A stretch of 64,000 nucleotides of DNA from Eledone cirrhosa. Taxonomy: Eukaryota. Shown in pieces: positions 36,850 to 50,914 of the stretch; positions within the stretch are counted from its first letter, which is position 1; the number at the start of each line of letters is the position of its first letter. Location of the stretch: the NCBI GenBank assembly GCA_964016885.1, contig OZ024745.1, forward strand, positions 123,876,001 to 123,940,000, read 5' to 3'. The translations under genes and the position numbers were made by a program. The notes below the pieces were generated by a model that saw only the letters and a list, made by a program, of their open reading frames with translations, ran no database searches and was not told where the DNA came from.

Positions 36850-39418
36850 ACACTATAACATAGTTTATATGTGCCTTTACTATCATAAAATAGGCTTAAA
36901 CTATCCTTCGATAACATGTAAATTTTTTCATAAACCTTTCTTGTCCAATTGTTTATCATTTTATACACTTCAATCAAATACAATATAGAAGAAGCTACTT
37001 CCATTCTGGTTATTTCACGTGATGCTTTTTTGTTCACACTTTATAACTAGTCTAAATGTTATTATTCTATCAATTTAGTTTCTTGTTTTGTAATAAGTTT
37101 CACAATCATAGTCGGTCATAATTGGATTTCTTATATTTAGTTCAGTACCGAAGTAGATTACGTTGATATTGTTTATTTATATTCTTACCATATTATGATT
37201 ATTATCTAATAAATTTAATTATTTTATATTCAATAATCCAATAACGTAGTTGGACTTATTTTCCAAGAAAAATAACACCAATCAGATATGTCTGTTGATA
37301 ATTTTACATTCATAGAAAGATATGTATTTAGGTGTGTGTATGCCAGGACATGTTTATGTTATGGTATGTTTGCATACGTTTAGGTATATCTTCTCATATA
37401 CACATCTACATATAATGTTTTTAATATCTCTACAGCAATAAAGTATTTTTCAAATCAAGAAACCATAAAAATTAATGCTCTTAGATTTCTTAACTGCTGT
37501 GGTGACTCAGACTAAATGTGCTTAGAATAGGACCAATAATAGAAAATGTGCAATAGCACTAACACACTGTGAACCTATATACACTATGTTTACATTGTGA
37601 GCATTTAAAACTCTGATCATGTCACAGCTACCTCAGCATCAGAGTAAAAGCAATGAATACATGCATTTGACTATCATCACCATTTGTGAGCACAGCAAGA
37701 CTAAATGTATCTGTATTATACACACACATATATCGGTTCATTTATTTAGCAGAAAATATCTAAAAGCAGGTTTGTTAATTCAAATGTTTATAGTATATTT
37801 AATAGTAAATAGATCATTGTGAAACTTTGCAGTAATACAGTAAAGACTTTGCTTTTTAATGGGATGCAATCAAAGTGCTGCTTTGTACTTTCCAAGAATG
37901 TGTTGCAAATGCAGTTTCCTGCAGTACAGGATATTAAGTGTTAATTTGATTAAGCAAGCTTGGTTTATCATTCATAGCAACATTATATAGACCTAAATTT
38001 CTAGTCTTGGAAATCTTCACCACTCAATTACAGTGTATTTTATTGATGCCAGTATTAATGAAGTTAACCTTCATAGCTTGTGACTTTGTGTGCAAGATGA
38101 AGTGACTCATATTTACTACATTTATTGTTAACATTAGAGATGGACAAATTTACTATAAGATAAGGTGTGCTATTAAACTTTACTTGAGCAGTTCACATCT
38201 GCTTTTGTGTTCGAAATATAAGATTCTATTAAGATGTGGATGAAAAAGAAATCACTAGGAATTATTTATATGAATTCTGAAAGCAACTCTATATTTCACC
38301 ATATATTTTAGTCTTTTTTATGAGTTGGAGAATTTTTCAAAAAATTCAAACTATAATCATATGACTCTACTGATGATTCTACACTAAAAAAAATGGGATT
38401 GTTTTTTGTGAGATGTAAAATACACAATTGTTTCATTTATTTAAACATCATTTTAATAAAAATATCTAAAACTCAATTTTTATAGAAAAAATACATATAC
38501 TATTTAAAGAGATTGGCCTTCTATTCTCTCTAGCACAGAAATAATGGCCAGATAGATTGGTATTGTCATCTTATAAAGGTTAAAAACATATAGCTCTTAT
38601 CACAAACTCCTATCTTTTGTAATAAAACAAGCTTTATTTAATCAAGTTCTTATTTCTTTCTAGGGTATATCATAAAGAATTAACATTTATGTGTAAAGAT
38701 GTCATACTTTTATTTGCATGTTAACTCATCTTAGATAAAAGGGATGGGTAAATTGATAAAGTACTGGACAACTAACTGAGATATCAGTAGATCCCTTAAC
38801 TCTCAACAGCCAATTTCACTAATCTTTTAGTGTGTACTGTGGGTTGTATGATTCATTGCTGTAAACAATACTTATCTGTAAAATTGACAAGTGATTTATT
38901 GATATACAGTGATAACTTGCATGACTCTAGCAGGAAAGTTTACTTATGATATATTACTATCATATGCAGTGTGAGATTTCTTTCTGTCCAATCAACACGA
39001 TGAAAACTAGAGATAAGCTCCAACTCTATAGATAGCTCATTCATATGATACATATGCACTGTCTTTGATATCTCTGTAGCAGTAAACTGCTTAAAATGAA
39101 TCTTAGGCAGCATCGTTATGAACGGATTAGACTAGAAATTTGAAATATAATCACGTAATCTGCAAAGAATTATAATGAACAAATATTCAACAAATATACA
39201 TTTATTTCTTTACTATATAGATCATTAAATAAATAAGATGTGTAAATGATTTAAATAAATGATCAATAGCAAGGCTGCAGATTTTAAACACCTGTTTTAT
39301 ACATCTGGCATACACAGTTGTGGTATTCATTAAATACCAATGTATTAGATATAGTTAACATTGATCACATGACCAAGTCATGTGATCAGTATAGAATTAT
39401 CTTATAATAATGATAATA

Positions 39419-40156
39419 TTGTGTACAGTGCTCCGGTGCACTACAACTCATCAAAGGTGCATGTATAGTACATAGAATAATTGTTTCTACTTTTTGCAGC
39501 AATTATCCCAGTGTATTACTCGTACTTTATTTTATTGACCTCGTAAGGATGAAAGGCAAAGTTAACCTCGGCGGGATTTGAACTCAGTCCGTAAAGGGAC
39601 GTAACTCTGCTGCAAAACATGGCGTCTGACCCTCTACCGATACTGCCAATCCACTGCCCTCTATAGTACATAGAATAATGTTCAAATGTCAGGAAAATAA
39701 ACAGTGTACGAGTCATGATATACATGTGTGCGCGTGTCTGGTGGGGGGGGGGGACATCAGGAATAGTTTGGCGAATTTCAGGAAGCATAGTGGTTTTAAA
39801 GAATGCAGTGTCTTCACAGCTAATAACTGATGCAGGTAGTTTGTTCCATGCTTCAGCAACTCTGAGCATGAAAAAATGTTTCTCGAAAGTCATGGGAGCT
39901 GTGCTGTTTTCTGACTTTGTAGGCATGCCCACATGTGTTAGACACATGGAAATCAAAAAGGTGCTCAGGGTTTTTTTTACCAAGTCAGTTGCCAAACGTC
40001 GGAGCTTCAATGTATCCATGCCCAGGGAAGCATGGCGTTCAGAGTATGGTAGATGCCTGATGGAGGGTATTCGCTTAGTTGCACGTCTCTGAACAGTTTC
40101 CAGGCAGTCAATGTTCTCAGCAAGATAGGGGTTCCAGACTGGTGATGCAAATTCTC
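39419..40156 (-). mobile_element. CR1-like LINE 3' portion with nested SINE
   Basis: EFASPVWNPYL..LETVQRRATKRIP..LPYSER..LKLRRL..DL..FFMLRVAEAWNKLP; SINE at 39482-39661 with 18-bp TSD TATAGTACATAGAATAAT. Confidence 0.88.
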
Positions 40157-42089
40157 TCATTAGTTCTTAGCTAAAATTACAACCCAAATAATTGAGATAG
40201 TTACATATTTTCCTCAAATAGTTTTGTTTCAACCTATGTAAATAAGTTTCTAAGAATCTTAAGCAGCGTCATTACTCTCATCACTGTGGTTTAATGTTAT
40301 TGTATTTTATCATAATTGGTTTTTTCGTTGCCATATTTCTAATGAAAGCCACTGCTTGTGATTTTTGAATAATTTTGAAAATAATTAAGAATTGGGTGGG
40401 ATTTAACAATATAGCTTCATGGTCTTAATTCAAATCCCGCCGAGATTAACTTTGCCTTTCATCCCTATGGGGTCGGTAAAATAAAGTACCAGTAATGCAC
40501 TGGGATAATTGCTGGCCTTGCGTCAAAAGTAGAAACAATTATTTCTCAAAAAGCACCCATTCCACACTGTGAACTGGTCATGTAATACCATGACAAAAAG
40601 CACCCAGTACTCACTGTAAATGAGGTTGGCGTTAGGAAGGGCATCCAGCTGTAAAAACTAAGCAAGAATCAGTTCTGTATGAGCAAGACATGGCCACATG
40701 ACCTAGCATTGCTCACAACAGGACAATTTGTCTAACTCATGCTAATGTGGAAAAAATGGACGATAATGATGATGATTTAACCTGTGCTTGAAACATAAGA
40801 AAATGTTCTTACATAAAATTATAATGGAAGATTTCCAAATAGATATAAACATTTCCAGGTAAAGTTTTGTATCTTATATCTTAGAACCAGAGGTAGTTTC
40901 AAGCAGTTTTGTATCAAAAGGGTTAAAAGGCTTTCTTTCACTATTTGGTATTTTGTGTTGTACCATGTCAGGAAATGTTTCTAGACCCATTAACTACTAT
41001 AATTTAGTAAGTAATGTGCACCTTAGAGAGGGATGTCATATAACTTCTGATGGCAGTCACAAACAATAATGTTGGTACCAGAATAACTGCCTTGTGGCAA
41101 TGAAACTGTTATAAAACCTCTGGTAATTCATTATCGTAAACTTCTGCGAGAAATTTATTCTATTTATCACCCTCACTTATATTTAACTAAATCAGCCCTT
41201 CATGTTTTTTTTTTTTATGTATATATTTCATTTTACTTATTTATTACTTTGTTAAAGTAATATAAGCTAAAAGAAAGAAAAATAACAAACACATCTTAGG
41301 GCAAATTGCATACATGGGTGTGTGTATGTGTTTGTGCATTTGTGTTGCCTTGCATTAGAGTATATTGATGAACATCCAATGTTGTGGTGTATAAAATTTT
41401 AGTTTTTAGAATATTGACACACATGAAAATATAGATTTGCTACAAAAGAACATTTTCCTTTTAGCCATAAAAGATTCTGTGTGGTAGTATTGGAGTCAAC
41501 GTTATCAGGTTAATAGATGACAATTTATTGACGACAGAAAATGTAGAAAAATAACTTTATTATGGAATTCATCAGTGTGAAATTTAATGTGCAATATTTT
41601 ACAACAGGCACTGTCATATTACACTGATGGATTCATTACTGAAATTATTCCCTCTGGGGAACTGGAAGCAGTTAACTTGTTTACTATGACTGAGAAGGCA
41701 CTTTCAGCCTGTTAGAGTTTATGATTCACTCAACAATTTCATAACCTATAATCATCCCTGAAATATTAATTCTTACTTAATTGATATATTAAGCTTGATT
41801 ATTTTTCTTCACTTAAGCCAGAAAGGGTGGTTTTGATATAATAATCCATTCTTACGGTGATAAGGAATGAATTTAGTAGAGTTATAATTGTCATTGTTCT
41901 CTTCAATTTTCCAATGCACTTTTGTCTGCTAATTTTCATTTTGTGAATTCAGTATTATTTAATAGTTGATTTTAGGCCACACATTTGTAAGGGTTATAGA
42001 AAAAGCCCTGGTGAACCCCCATCTGCACAAATATATTTATCATAATACACACATTACTAACTGTACCTCTATACATGTCATTCTTCTAC

Positions 42090-42660
42090 CCTTAGTTTCC
42101 TAAGAGCCCACTTGATTATGGAGAAATTGACCTGTCAAATGCTTTCTCCGGGTCAATGAATACAAGATAGAGGGGTTTACTCTTAGCTAGATACTTCAGT
42201 TATCTCACAATGAAGATGATACTTTCACCAGGCACACAGCCAAACTAGATCTTGTCTAGGTTAACTTCATGTCTTATTTACTATACTATAATTCTTTCAG
42301 AAACTTTCAAACCTCTATAGTTTCCTCTGTCCAGTGCATCTATTTTGACCTTATAGCAGTTGACATTGCTGCTGCTATGCCAACACATTTAGGTATGATG
42401 ACCTCCTCTATTGCATCTTTTACTATATGCTCAGGTAAAGAGTTGACTACGATACCAATATATCAGCAGTGGTCCAGCTACTTTAGCTATGTTCATATCC
42501 TTAATTGCTTTACTTACCAAACTGCTAATGGTTCGTTCCTTTATTGTGTCAACTTGAGGTAGACTACCTTCCTAATATGCATTCTCTTCATTCAACGGTC
42601 CCTCATAATTGCACTTACATGCTTCTTCCGTTTTAGCATTGGAGAGGGCATGTGCACCAC
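42090..42660 (-). pseudogene. old RTE reverse transcriptase remnant
   Basis: Minus strand reads DALDRGNYRGLK and PLYLVFIDPEKAFDR. Confidence 0.75.
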
Positions 42661-42701
42661 TTACTGATTATTTCAAGGAAGATTAATAAAGTTAGGAGCT
42701 A

Positions 42702-43340
42702 AGGGCAGTGGATTGGCAGTATCGGTAGAGTCGAAGATCATGCTTTGCAGCATAGAGTTACGGCCCTTTACGGCCTGAGTTCAAATCCCATCGAGGTTAA
42801 CTTTGCCTTTCATCCTTACGGGGTTGATAAAATAAAGTACCAGTAATGCACTGTGATAATTGCTGGCCTTGTGCCAAATGTAGAAACAATTATCATTTAG
42901 GCGCTAAAAGTAGTAAATGGGCAGGACACATGTTTAGCAGTACTTCTTCCAACTCTTTATGTTATGAATTCATTCTTCATCTTCCCTAGGTCAATAGAAT
43001 AGAGTACCAGGTAAGTACTGGTGTCAATTGAATCGACTTTTCCATTTCCTTAAATTGCTGGCCTTGTGTCAGTGTCAGAAAAAATATTATTTTAGGACTA
43101 ATTCCATTGTTATTATTCCGAAGGGCAATGGATTGACAGTATTGGTAGAGTGTCAGACACCATGCTTCGCCGTTATGTCCCTTTACGTTCTGAGTTCAAA
43201 TCCCGCTGAGGTTAACTTTGCTGTTCATCCTTACAAGGTTGATAAATTAAAGTACCAGTAATGCACAGGGGTCAATTTAATCGACTTGCCCTTCACCCAT
43301 AAGTTATTGGTCTTGTGCCTAAATCAGAAAACATTATTAT
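42702..43340 (+). mobile_element. cluster of three Deu/Nin-like SINE copies
   Basis: Copies at 42702-42893, ~42900-43090 (degenerate) and 43122-43340. Confidence 0.8.
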
Positions 43341-43476
43341 TCAGAATTATTTCCAACAAGGTTTTAGTGGGGTGAAATAATAAATAAGTGAGTTTAGAGC
43401 CATTGGAAGAAGAGATTAAAATTACCATATACTTGTTTTTAATAACTTTGATATGTGCACAACAGGTATATGTATG

Positions 43477-43535
<59 letters not shown>

Positions 43536-43584
43536 TATTAGGGTTGGTGCTCTGAAATAGTGATGTATACATGAATGTTTAGAC

Positions 43585-43802
43585 CAGGCATGTTAAACAT
43601 GCAGCCCTTTACAAGCACATCTGCGACCCACACAAAGGTTTTACAGTGTGAGCGTAATATAACATAAAAAATATTAGTTGTAATGTACACAATTAGTTGT
43701 CATGTATGGCCCTCATACAACACATATGTGACCCATGTGGCCCTCAGACAACACATATGTGACCCTTGTGGACCCCGGGGGACCCTCAGTTTGACATGCC
43801 TG
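43585..43802. mobile_element. hAT (Charlie/Buster-like) MITE
   Basis: CAGGCATGTTAAAC / GTTTGACATGCCTG TIRs; TSD-like GTTTAGAC/GTTAATAC. Confidence 0.85.
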
Positions 43803-44786
43803 GTTAATACTATTTTCAGTATTTTCAAATTTAAGTTTGTGGAATGTTCAGTTACTTGGTCATTCATTTTACAGGCAGGCTATTGCATTGATCAAACAAC
43901 TGGAACACTCATTGTTGAAACTGGTGGCGGTCCATTCCATATTAAATATATATCATTCTCATCATTATTTAACGTCTATTTTGCCTGTTAGCTGTATATA
44001 TTGTACACATATATATAAAACGGATGTAAAATGATGATGATGGTTTACTTTTAACCAGACAGCAGGCTCTTTTCTCTTTCTCTTTATCATTCTTTTGGTA
44101 TTATTTAAAATTATCTGGATGAAAGTATTCAACCAGAAAAAGAGGCATTGAAAAGTTTGGCGGTGGGGAAAGTGAGTTTAGAAAGTTCCTTTTAAAAATC
44201 AAATTTCCTATATAGTCTTTGATTTAGATAACATTTTTGTTATAAAATAGCTTTTCTATATGTTTCTCATTCCACCATTTGGTCCAAATTCAAAAGCAGA
44301 TTCATTTGTAGTTGACGGTTGAATAACTGATAGTATGTATTTTCATCTCTACTGCTTAGATGGCTTCAGCTGAATTCCTTTGCTTTCTTTCTCTCATATA
44401 TAAAATAATACAAACATTCAAACATAAGTTCAGTCTTACAGACACAAACAGATAAACTTGCATGCACACAGACAAAAAAACAACAAATACGCACTTACAG
44501 AACCCACTCCAAAAACATTTTTTTATGGCTTTCAACCTCTGTGAGTAATTCTTTTGTTAATATAGTTAATGGTACAGATGTTCCTTCCCAACTTCGTTAA
44601 CCATATTTTTGAGCAGAAAGTTCTGCCAACAAATTTCAGTGCAAACTCTGAGATATAGAAATAAATAAACGAGAAGTTTTTAAAGATTATTTACCCTTCA
44701 CATACCAAGTTGTTTGAAACCGTTGTTGGTTTTATGATACTGAGTTGTTTGTTTTAAAGTATCTACATTTATATTCAAACACCAGC

Positions 44787-45015
44787 TTAACCCTTTAGCA
44801 TTTGAATTTCTCTATATTTATTATTATATTTTCACAGTAAAGGCTTTACTTCACATAATTATCTCACATAATATTGAATGTATGAGATTTTGATATTATT
44901 TATTTTGAGAACAATACCTTAACATTAGTATGATAGGCCAGTTACAGCCAGATGGAACAGAAAGAGGTGAGAGAATTCTGACCAGATACAGTCGGTTTAA
45001 ATGCTAAAGGGTTAA
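44787..45015. mobile_element. MITE family A nested in MITE family B
   Basis: TTAA-flanked; flanks rejoin to resemble the family B motif CAGCTTAATAATGAGAAAG seen at ~63055. Confidence 0.85.
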
Positions 45016-45029
45016 TGAGAAAGTAAGTT

Positions 45030-45240
45030 GATGATTGCAAGCTGTTGAAGTATCAGTTGCTTTCAGTAAGGTTGTCATTGAGCATATAGCAGTGGAGACC
45101 TCTGGCATTCTGGGTCCTCAAACTTCTTTCTATTGGAATAGAGCTAGCCACCCAACTGACTGAACCCTGTGAGTTGGAATGGCTTTTACAGTGCACCTTG
45201 TTCACTATTCTCTGGTGTAACAGTTTCTCTGTTCTGTACC
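45030..45240 (+). pseudogene. C-terminal restriction-like endonuclease remnant of a CRE-type non-LTR element
   Basis: Fragments KLLKYQLL..AVETSGILGPQ..IGIELATQLTEPCELEWLLQ..ILWCNSFSVL resemble the K..KY..AVET.G..GP..WL.QR.S.AI.RGN consensus. Confidence 0.55.
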
Positions 45241-45424
45241 CTGAGAACATGAAGTGGCATGTGCCTGTGATTCTGCACATTGGAAAGGCAGAGTGACTGA
45301 ATGGGGAGGTGTGAAAACCTGTCATCAACTACTTCAGCTGTTACCGTTGGCTACTGAATACACTTTGGTTAGGTTTAAAAGGGGGTTAATGATTGAACAT
45401 TTTAGCATTTACATTACTCTATAC

Positions 45425-45759
45425 CAGGGGCGTACTACAGGCAGCCCGCAATCCACAATCTGGCCAAACCAGTCAGAGTGGCCCGCGATGATCATTTTTT
45501 TAATTTTTACCTTGTAGGCTTATTTAGAATTTTTTTCATAACCGTAATACAATTTTCTCTTTGTTGACCTATACTAAAGGGCTTCACTGATAGGGTTAAG
45601 TGTGTTATAATTTCCTAGTTCCATGTTATGGAAAGAAGTTGTGATGAATCTTTGCAATAGTGGTTTTTATTAGATTACATATTTTTGTCACTGACTGGCC
45701 CTAATAGTTGTTCCAATGTTGAAAAGTGGCTCACAAATATAATATGTTGCACACCCCTG
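45425..45759. mobile_element. hAT element nested in a family A MITE (45395-45953)
   Basis: CAGGGGCGT...ACACCCCTG ends; TSD-like CTCTATAC/CTATATAT; MITE sequence resumes after it. Confidence 0.8.
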
Positions 45760-46376
45760 CTATATATGTACTATTGTATTTTCACAGTAAAGGCTTTATC
45801 TCACATAATGTCGAATCTATGAAATTTTGATGATGTTATTTATTTTGAGAACAATACCTTAATTTCAGTATTAGTGGCTGGTTACAGCTGATTTGAAAAG
45901 AAAGAGGAAAGAGAATTCTTGCCAAATACAGCCAGTTTAGATGCTAAAGGGTTGAAGTTTCTCTAAAGGGTTGAAGTTTCTCTCTTGTCATTAGTGAGGT
46001 TCTCTACCAACATCCTCATTGTTTCTCTTTCAGGAAGAAGTAAATATTGAATAGAAAGTCAGTTATATTACTTAATCATGCCAAATTCTTGATTATTTTC
46101 CAAATTATTTGAAAATTATAGATTAGTGCTTTTCATGAGAAATCACCATCATCAATTAACATCCACTCTTCCATGCTAGCATGCATTAGACGAGTTCTCC
46201 CATTGCTAGTAATGTTTTTGAAATATTTCTCCAGACACTGCATTGTTTTGGGGGTAGCAAAAATGTAAGCAGGCTCTGTTTTTAAATTATTATAACTTTC
46301 TTTGTATCTTGTGTACAGACTTGATTTTTTTCTATACTAATAAAGGGATGCATAAGGAATATTTTGACATAATGCA

Positions 46377-46866
46377 TTATGTTCTGCATGTATCTTTTAA
46401 CATTGTAAAGAAAATAAAAAAACACAAAAACAAAAAGTTGCAAGGATTAGCATACCCATTCGGTACATTGCTTTCCAGAGCATTGCTGTCATATTTGACT
46501 ACTTCACCATCAATATTGGATTCCATAAATCCTAAAAATTCATCATCCGAATCAGAATCTATAAAGATTTCATCCACAAAGTTTTCTTTCATAGTAGTCG
46601 CCATTTTCTAAAATCCAAACAAGCTTCTTGTTCATCAACAACTGTTTACACACGCGAGTGAAGAGACATTAAAAATGGCATTGAAAAATGAAAGTTTAGC
46701 CTTGTCCTGAATCGAAAGTATGCTGTTACCAGTTTAAAATACCAGAAATAACCTTTGACGTAGTATTTTTTGAGAAAGGGTTTCTAAGGCAACAAAATGT
46801 GTCTGCTGCTACAGGGGAAGTTTACTCTGTGGTGCATTAAGCTACTAATGGCATGCTAAAGGTTAA
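46377..46866 (-). pseudogene. possible second piggyBac left end and acidic N-terminus
   Basis: Minus strand TTAA-CCTTTAGCATG terminus; MATTMKENFVDEIFIDSDSDDEFLGF. Confidence 0.5.
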
Positions 46867-46997
46867 ATTGTCTCTGGTTATAGAATGGCAACATTAGATA
46901 AAGGAAAAGTACATTTGAATTATGTTTTATGTGTATTTTTTTTTTTTGTAACATTTATACATTTAAGTAGGTGACTAAAATTAAAGCTTGTTTGGTA

Positions 46998-47481
46998 TCA
47001 TCATCATCATCATCATCATCATCATCGTTTAACGTCCATCTTCCAAGCTTGCATGGGTTTGGACGGGATTTTTGGTGCTACGCAGTAATACAGAAGACCC
47101 TCCTTGCCTAAGTACAAAGCGTAACCTACAGTCAGTAGGCACCTCCTAACCAAAAATACACCCCCATCCCACTACCCCTACCCCACCCCTTGCTCTGTAA
47201 AGTTATGTTGGTACCACAACATCCAGTCCTAAATAAATGAGGTCGTGTAGGTGTCACGACAAAAAAGCATACAGTCCATGCTGTAATGTGGCCGTGAAGG
47301 TAACATGGTAAAAACCTCCCAGTCCACACTGTAAACATCGTTGGTGTTAAGAAAGGCATCCAGCTGTAGAAAACCCGCCAGACAGTCCTATACGAGCAAG
47401 AAAACCAATCTTGCTTCACGTGGGACAATTCCCGTCTAAACCCATGCTAGCGGGGAAGATAGACGTTAAACAATGATGATG
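46998..47481. mobile_element. two RTE 3' ends facing outward
   Basis: Minus tail 46998-47070 and plus 3'UTR 47078-47481. Confidence 0.8.
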
Positions 47482-48040
47482 ATATATATATATATATATG
47501 GTGGCTGCAAACTCTGCTAAGAGTATTGCAATCGCTTGTCAGATTACAGAAAATGGTGCACCTTTAGTCTACGACCAGCAACACAAACCTGTAACATATC
47601 CTGAACAAGCAAAGCCTGTGCTTTGAAGGTTTTTTAAGTGGGCAAAGGCCTTGCACTTGACCAATCCCACTATCTGAGTATCGAAAACACTATGCGAAAA
47701 AGAGTACTGGTAAACATCATCGGATGTTTCCGAAGCCGCAGGTTTTTTTTTCAGAGTTTCCCTCGCTTAGAAAGGTGTTGTGACAACAAGAAGGGGCCTT
47801 TCACTCCCAGGTCAAAATAAAAAAAAAAAGTACTATTTGGAGGGCCATTGAATTTGCTGAGTTCCTCCACCCTTTGCCGGGCCTTGTATTTCATCCCACA
47901 GGGTGTCCAAATATCACCCTCTTCACCAAGCAAGCTTGGTGGGGATGCCAACTTTGTCACCGACGACCCGACCATGAGACAGGTTGTACTGGGTTACATG
48001 TTACCAGTAGCACTCGAGAGCGACCTGACATAATATAAAA

Positions 48041-48103
<63 letters not shown>

Positions 48104-48504
48104 AGGCGCATGGCTTAGTGGTTAGAGCATTGGCCTTGCAATCGAAAGGTTGTGAGTTCAATTCTGAGGCCGGGTGATGTGTTGTTTCCTTGAGCAAGAC
48201 ACTTTATTTCACATTGCTCCAGTTTACTCAGCTGTAGAAATGAGATGATAGGGACTGGGGTACCTATCATTCCACTGCAAAGTGGTCGTGTAGGCGCCAC
48301 GGAAAAAAAGCACCCAGCACTCACTGTAAATGAGGTTGGTGTTAGGAATGGCATCCAGCTGTAGAAATCAAGCCAGAATTAGTTCCTGTATGAACAAGAC
48401 AAGGTCAGCTGACCTAACACTGCCCACAACAGGACAACCCGTCTAACCCATGCTAGCGTGGAAGAACGGACGTAAAACGGTGATGAGGATGATGATGATG
48501 ATGA
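48104..48504 (+). mobile_element. full-length tRNA SINE with RTE tail
   Basis: A/B boxes, core, complete RTE 3'UTR end and (GAT)n. Confidence 0.88.
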
Positions 48505-48736
48505 TACATACACACACATAGGTATAGCCCTATAGAGGGCCGTTACATTTTAGTTGAAAAGGGTTTCTGTATTATATGTGTAGTCACACTTATAATAAAT
48601 ACATCTATTCTGCACCTTAAAATGTATTGAGTACTTCATTAAATAATATTCTTTCTAGTCTTCTAAGCATAAACATCTGAGATATGTAGGTGTGTGAATG
48701 TATAAATATATGTATGTGTAGATACATACCTATGCT

Positions 48737-48780
<44 letters not shown>

Positions 48781-48963
48781 TATCCATATTTATCTCTCTC
48801 TCATATATATATATATATAAATACATACATACACATATTTCTCTTTTTTCTCTCTTTCATATACATATATATATATATACACACATATATACATATTTCT
48901 CTTTTTCTCTCATATATATATTATATACACACACATATATATATATATTTTTCTCTCTCTGTC

Positions 48964-49034
<71 letters not shown>

Positions 49035-49518
49035 TATGAGAGAAAGAGAAAGATAAATAAATATATAATCATTGATGATTCCAGAAACATAGCCTGACAA
49101 CATTTTTTTTATAAATTTATATATTTTTTATCATTCCTATGGTTTTACAAAAATTCTTCAAAACTATTTATTATTAACTAATAAGCTAAATCCTAGTTAT
49201 TTACTCAGTTGTTTCTGATAGGAGATTACTGATCAAAACAACTTGGATATTAATTTTGTCTGCTCTTCAAAGTCTTCTTACTAATAAAATATTAAAAATA
49301 TATAATAAAAAAAAATATACAAATTAGAAGGAAAAAAATAATATATGTATTGATATAAAAACCACGCTAATGTCCTGGTATTGCATTTAAAATATTCACC
49401 ATACTTTGTTGTATATTTGTCTCTCTCCGAGTGCAGAATTCAGTTACAAAAACATAATTAGATATTGAATGCTGCTTTATGTGTATTGTATAATTTCTCT
49501 GTTTCTTTTCTTCTACAG

Positions 49519-49607
49519 ATACCAAACTAAGCCTGTATGAAGTTGATGAAAAAGAAGTTACAAAAATTCTTGTTGACGTTATGATGGCTAAAAGCGAAGC
49601 CGAGATT
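49519..49607 (+). CDS. putative internal exon of an unidentified host gene (TKLSLYEVDEKEVTKILVDVMMAKSEAEI)
   Basis: Strong acceptor TTTCTCTGTTTCTTTTCTTCTACAG, donor GTAAGT, open frame ending in phase 0, unique sequence. Confidence 0.6.
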
Positions 49608-50729
49608 GTAAGTATATAAGTCCGTGTGATGAAGTGCTGTTTCTGGAGTGGACAATCAACTTCACAGCCGTCCGATAAACAAAGCACTTCTTTCAAAAAC
49701 ACCCTGATGCACTTGCTTTCACTAACTTCGCCAATGCCACCATTATCATCATAGCATTTTTTTACCTGTTATAGTAACAACAAACATAAAAAAAGCACCT
49801 ATTACTGTCACCATCTTCATCATTACTAACACACTTATTGGCTGTTGTTATCTCTATTACAACTCCAATCATTAGCATCAATCAATACGTACAACTATCA
49901 GTAATAACAACAATAATTTCACTAACACTCCCTCAACCACCACTATCGCTATAACAGTGCCGATAATAACAATAAACATCATCATTATCATTACCATCAT
50001 CAGCAACAACAACAACAATATAATTAACACTATTAATTGTATTAACACCACAACTAGTCAGTGCAACTAACATAAACATCAGCAATATAACGACTTGTTT
50101 CGTCAACATCACTTTTACAATTCTTGTTTTGGCTTAGTTTCTAATAACATCTCTACTGCCCTGTCACTTCTCATTGGTTCTACATTACAAGGAAGAAAGT
50201 ATAAGTTAACATTACCGTGTAGGAAACACTGTAAAAAGGCTCCCAGTCCACACTGTAAATGTGGTTGGTGTTAGGAAGGGCACCCAGCCGTAGAAAACCT
50301 GCCAGATACAGTTCTATATGAGCGAGACACGGTCACCCAATCAATCTTGCCACAAGTGGGACTATTCCCATCTAACCCATGCTAGCGTGGAAGATAGACG
50401 TTAAATGATGATCATGATGACTACTCTCTTCTTTTTGTAAGAAATGTAAGTTCAGAAACAATATTTGTATTCCTTGTTTGTGGGCTTTGTAAGTCATAGT
50501 GAAGGCAACCCATCTAGAAGGGCAGATGTTCTGAATAAATTAGACAGTATGTGAAGACATAGACTCTGAAAGTCATAGCAATGTCACTGGACAGACGTGT
50601 ATAACCTCTATAAGTCATAATATCAGGGAACAGATGCGGGCTCTGTAAGTCATAGTGAAGGCAACCTTCTAGGAGGGCAGTTGTTCTGAAGAAATATACC
50701 TGCACAGGGGAGATGTAGACATTCTAAAC

Positions 50730-50914
50730 CAGGTATGTCAAATATGTGGCCCTTTAAAGCACACTTGCGGCCCGCACAAAGGTTTTTACTGTGCGAGCAT
50801 GTTTTATCTTCATAAAATTAGTTGTAATGTGAGCAATTAGTTGTCGTGTTCAGCCTCCAGAACAACACATGTGACCCATGTGGCCCTCGAGTGACCCTCA
50901 GTTTGCCATGCCTG
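50730..50914. mobile_element. hAT MITE
   Basis: CAGGTATGTCAAA / TTTGCCATGCCTG; TSD-like TTCTAAAC/CTCTAAGC. Confidence 0.8.

Noticed and set aside
36580-36900. ~52-bp direct repeat flanking the MITE as an unusually long TSD
   Set aside because: The copies are diverged and a normal TTAA TSD is present; likely an older tandem duplication
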